The notes under the pieces: model-generated
The model's input: the letters and a program-made list of their open reading frames with translations, nothing else
Told to the model about the DNA's origin: nothing
The model's database searches: none
Source of the DNA: Dehalococcoidia bacterium
Lineage (GTDB): Bacteria > Chloroflexota > Dehalococcoidia > UBA2247 > RBG-13-53-26
NCBI GenBank assembly: GCA_041478585.1
Contig: JBGOWL010000002.1
Location: 1 to 34,763 of the forward strand
Reading direction: 5' to 3'
DNA: 34,763 nucleotides
Program-made: the position numbers and the translations under genes
Part shown: positions 34,477-34,763 of the stretch, in pieces
Layout of the letters: every line of letters begins with the position of its first letter
Position numbering within the stretch: the first letter of the stretch is position 1

Positions 34477-34763
34477 TAGCTCGTCTCAAGCTCCCTTCTC
34501 AGTATCTCACTCACCACCTTAGGATTCGTTCGCCCCTTGGTCGCCTTCAAAACTTGTCCTACAAGGAAGGTCAGGGCTTGTTGTCTGCCCGCCTTGAAGT
34601 CTACCACTGCCTGGGTGTTCGCTGCAATGACCCTCTTGACTGCCTCCTCGATTGCCGAGATATCCCTGATTTGACTCAGCCCAAGTTGGGCGGCTATTTC
34701 CCTGGGGGGCTTGCCGGTGTGAAACATCTCCTCGAAAACCTGTTTTGTAGCTGGTCCGGTGAG
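34476..34763 (-). CDS. gatB: Asp/Glu-tRNA(Asn/Gln) amidotransferase subunit B, C-terminal GatB/YqeY domain (5' part beyond window)
   Basis: The frame is open to the window end. The tail ...AVVDFKAGRQQALTFLVGQVLKATKGRTNPKVVSEILRREL is the characteristic GatB C-terminus. Confidence 0.88.
   Translation of the reverse strand, partial: LTGPATKQVFEEMFHTGKPPREIAAQLGLSQIRDISAIEEAVKRVIAANTQAVVDFKAGRQQALTFLVGQVLKATKGRTNPKVVSEILRRELETS

Noticed and set aside
1-34763. Search for CRISPR arrays, IS elements or transposases, integrases, prophage genes, toxin-antitoxin pairs and known defence genes
   Set aside because: I saw no spaced direct repeats longer than the short motifs reported. There are no terminal inverted repeats flanking ORFs. 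No ORF has transposase, integrase, Cas, restriction or toxin-like motifs. The tRNA genes are not followed by an integrase or a duplicated tRNA 3' end.

Overview
This is a gene-dense, almost entirely housekeeping chromosomal segment of about 50% GC. By my unverified impression, gene content and order resemble a Chloroflexota/Dehalococcoidia-type genome. I support about 40 protein genes. They cover riboflavin (ribBA, ribH), pyrimidine/dTMP (pyrF, dut, a short ThyA-like enzyme), CoA (coaBC, coaX) and NAD (nadD, nnr) metabolism. They also cover folate/one-carbon (folE, glyA), threonine (hom, thrC), isoprenoid (ispD, ispF) and menaquinone (ubiE/menG) pathways. Three aminoacyl-tRNA synthetases are present (hisS, valS, cysS), along with rpsF-ssb-rpsR, secG, the gatB 3' end and dnaA. 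Two directly abutting tRNAs (His-GTG, Arg-TCG) lie next to a 450-nt non-coding region upstream of dnaA. Gene orientation diverges at that region, so it is the best oriC candidate. There are two decayed genes: a frameshifted acyl-CoA dehydrogenase and a 3' remnant of a livF-like ABC ATPase. I found no CRISPR array, no transposase, integrase or phage genes, no rRNA and no recognisable defence or toxin module. I do not see convincing evidence for a large novel system. The observations most worth follow-up are listed here:
- a promoter-equipped DUF151 nuclease plus zinc-ribbon gene pair whose products share a C-terminal peptide motif;
- an 11-bp-phased TGCAC(A) repeat array upstream of ubiE;
- orphan Cys4 mini-proteins wedged inside the hom-thrC and comF-glyA operons;
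- the ACAD frame break, which falls on a slippery-type heptamer;
- the DnaA-box-poor origin region.
All promoter, operator and terminator calls come from reading the sequence by eye and are hypotheses.
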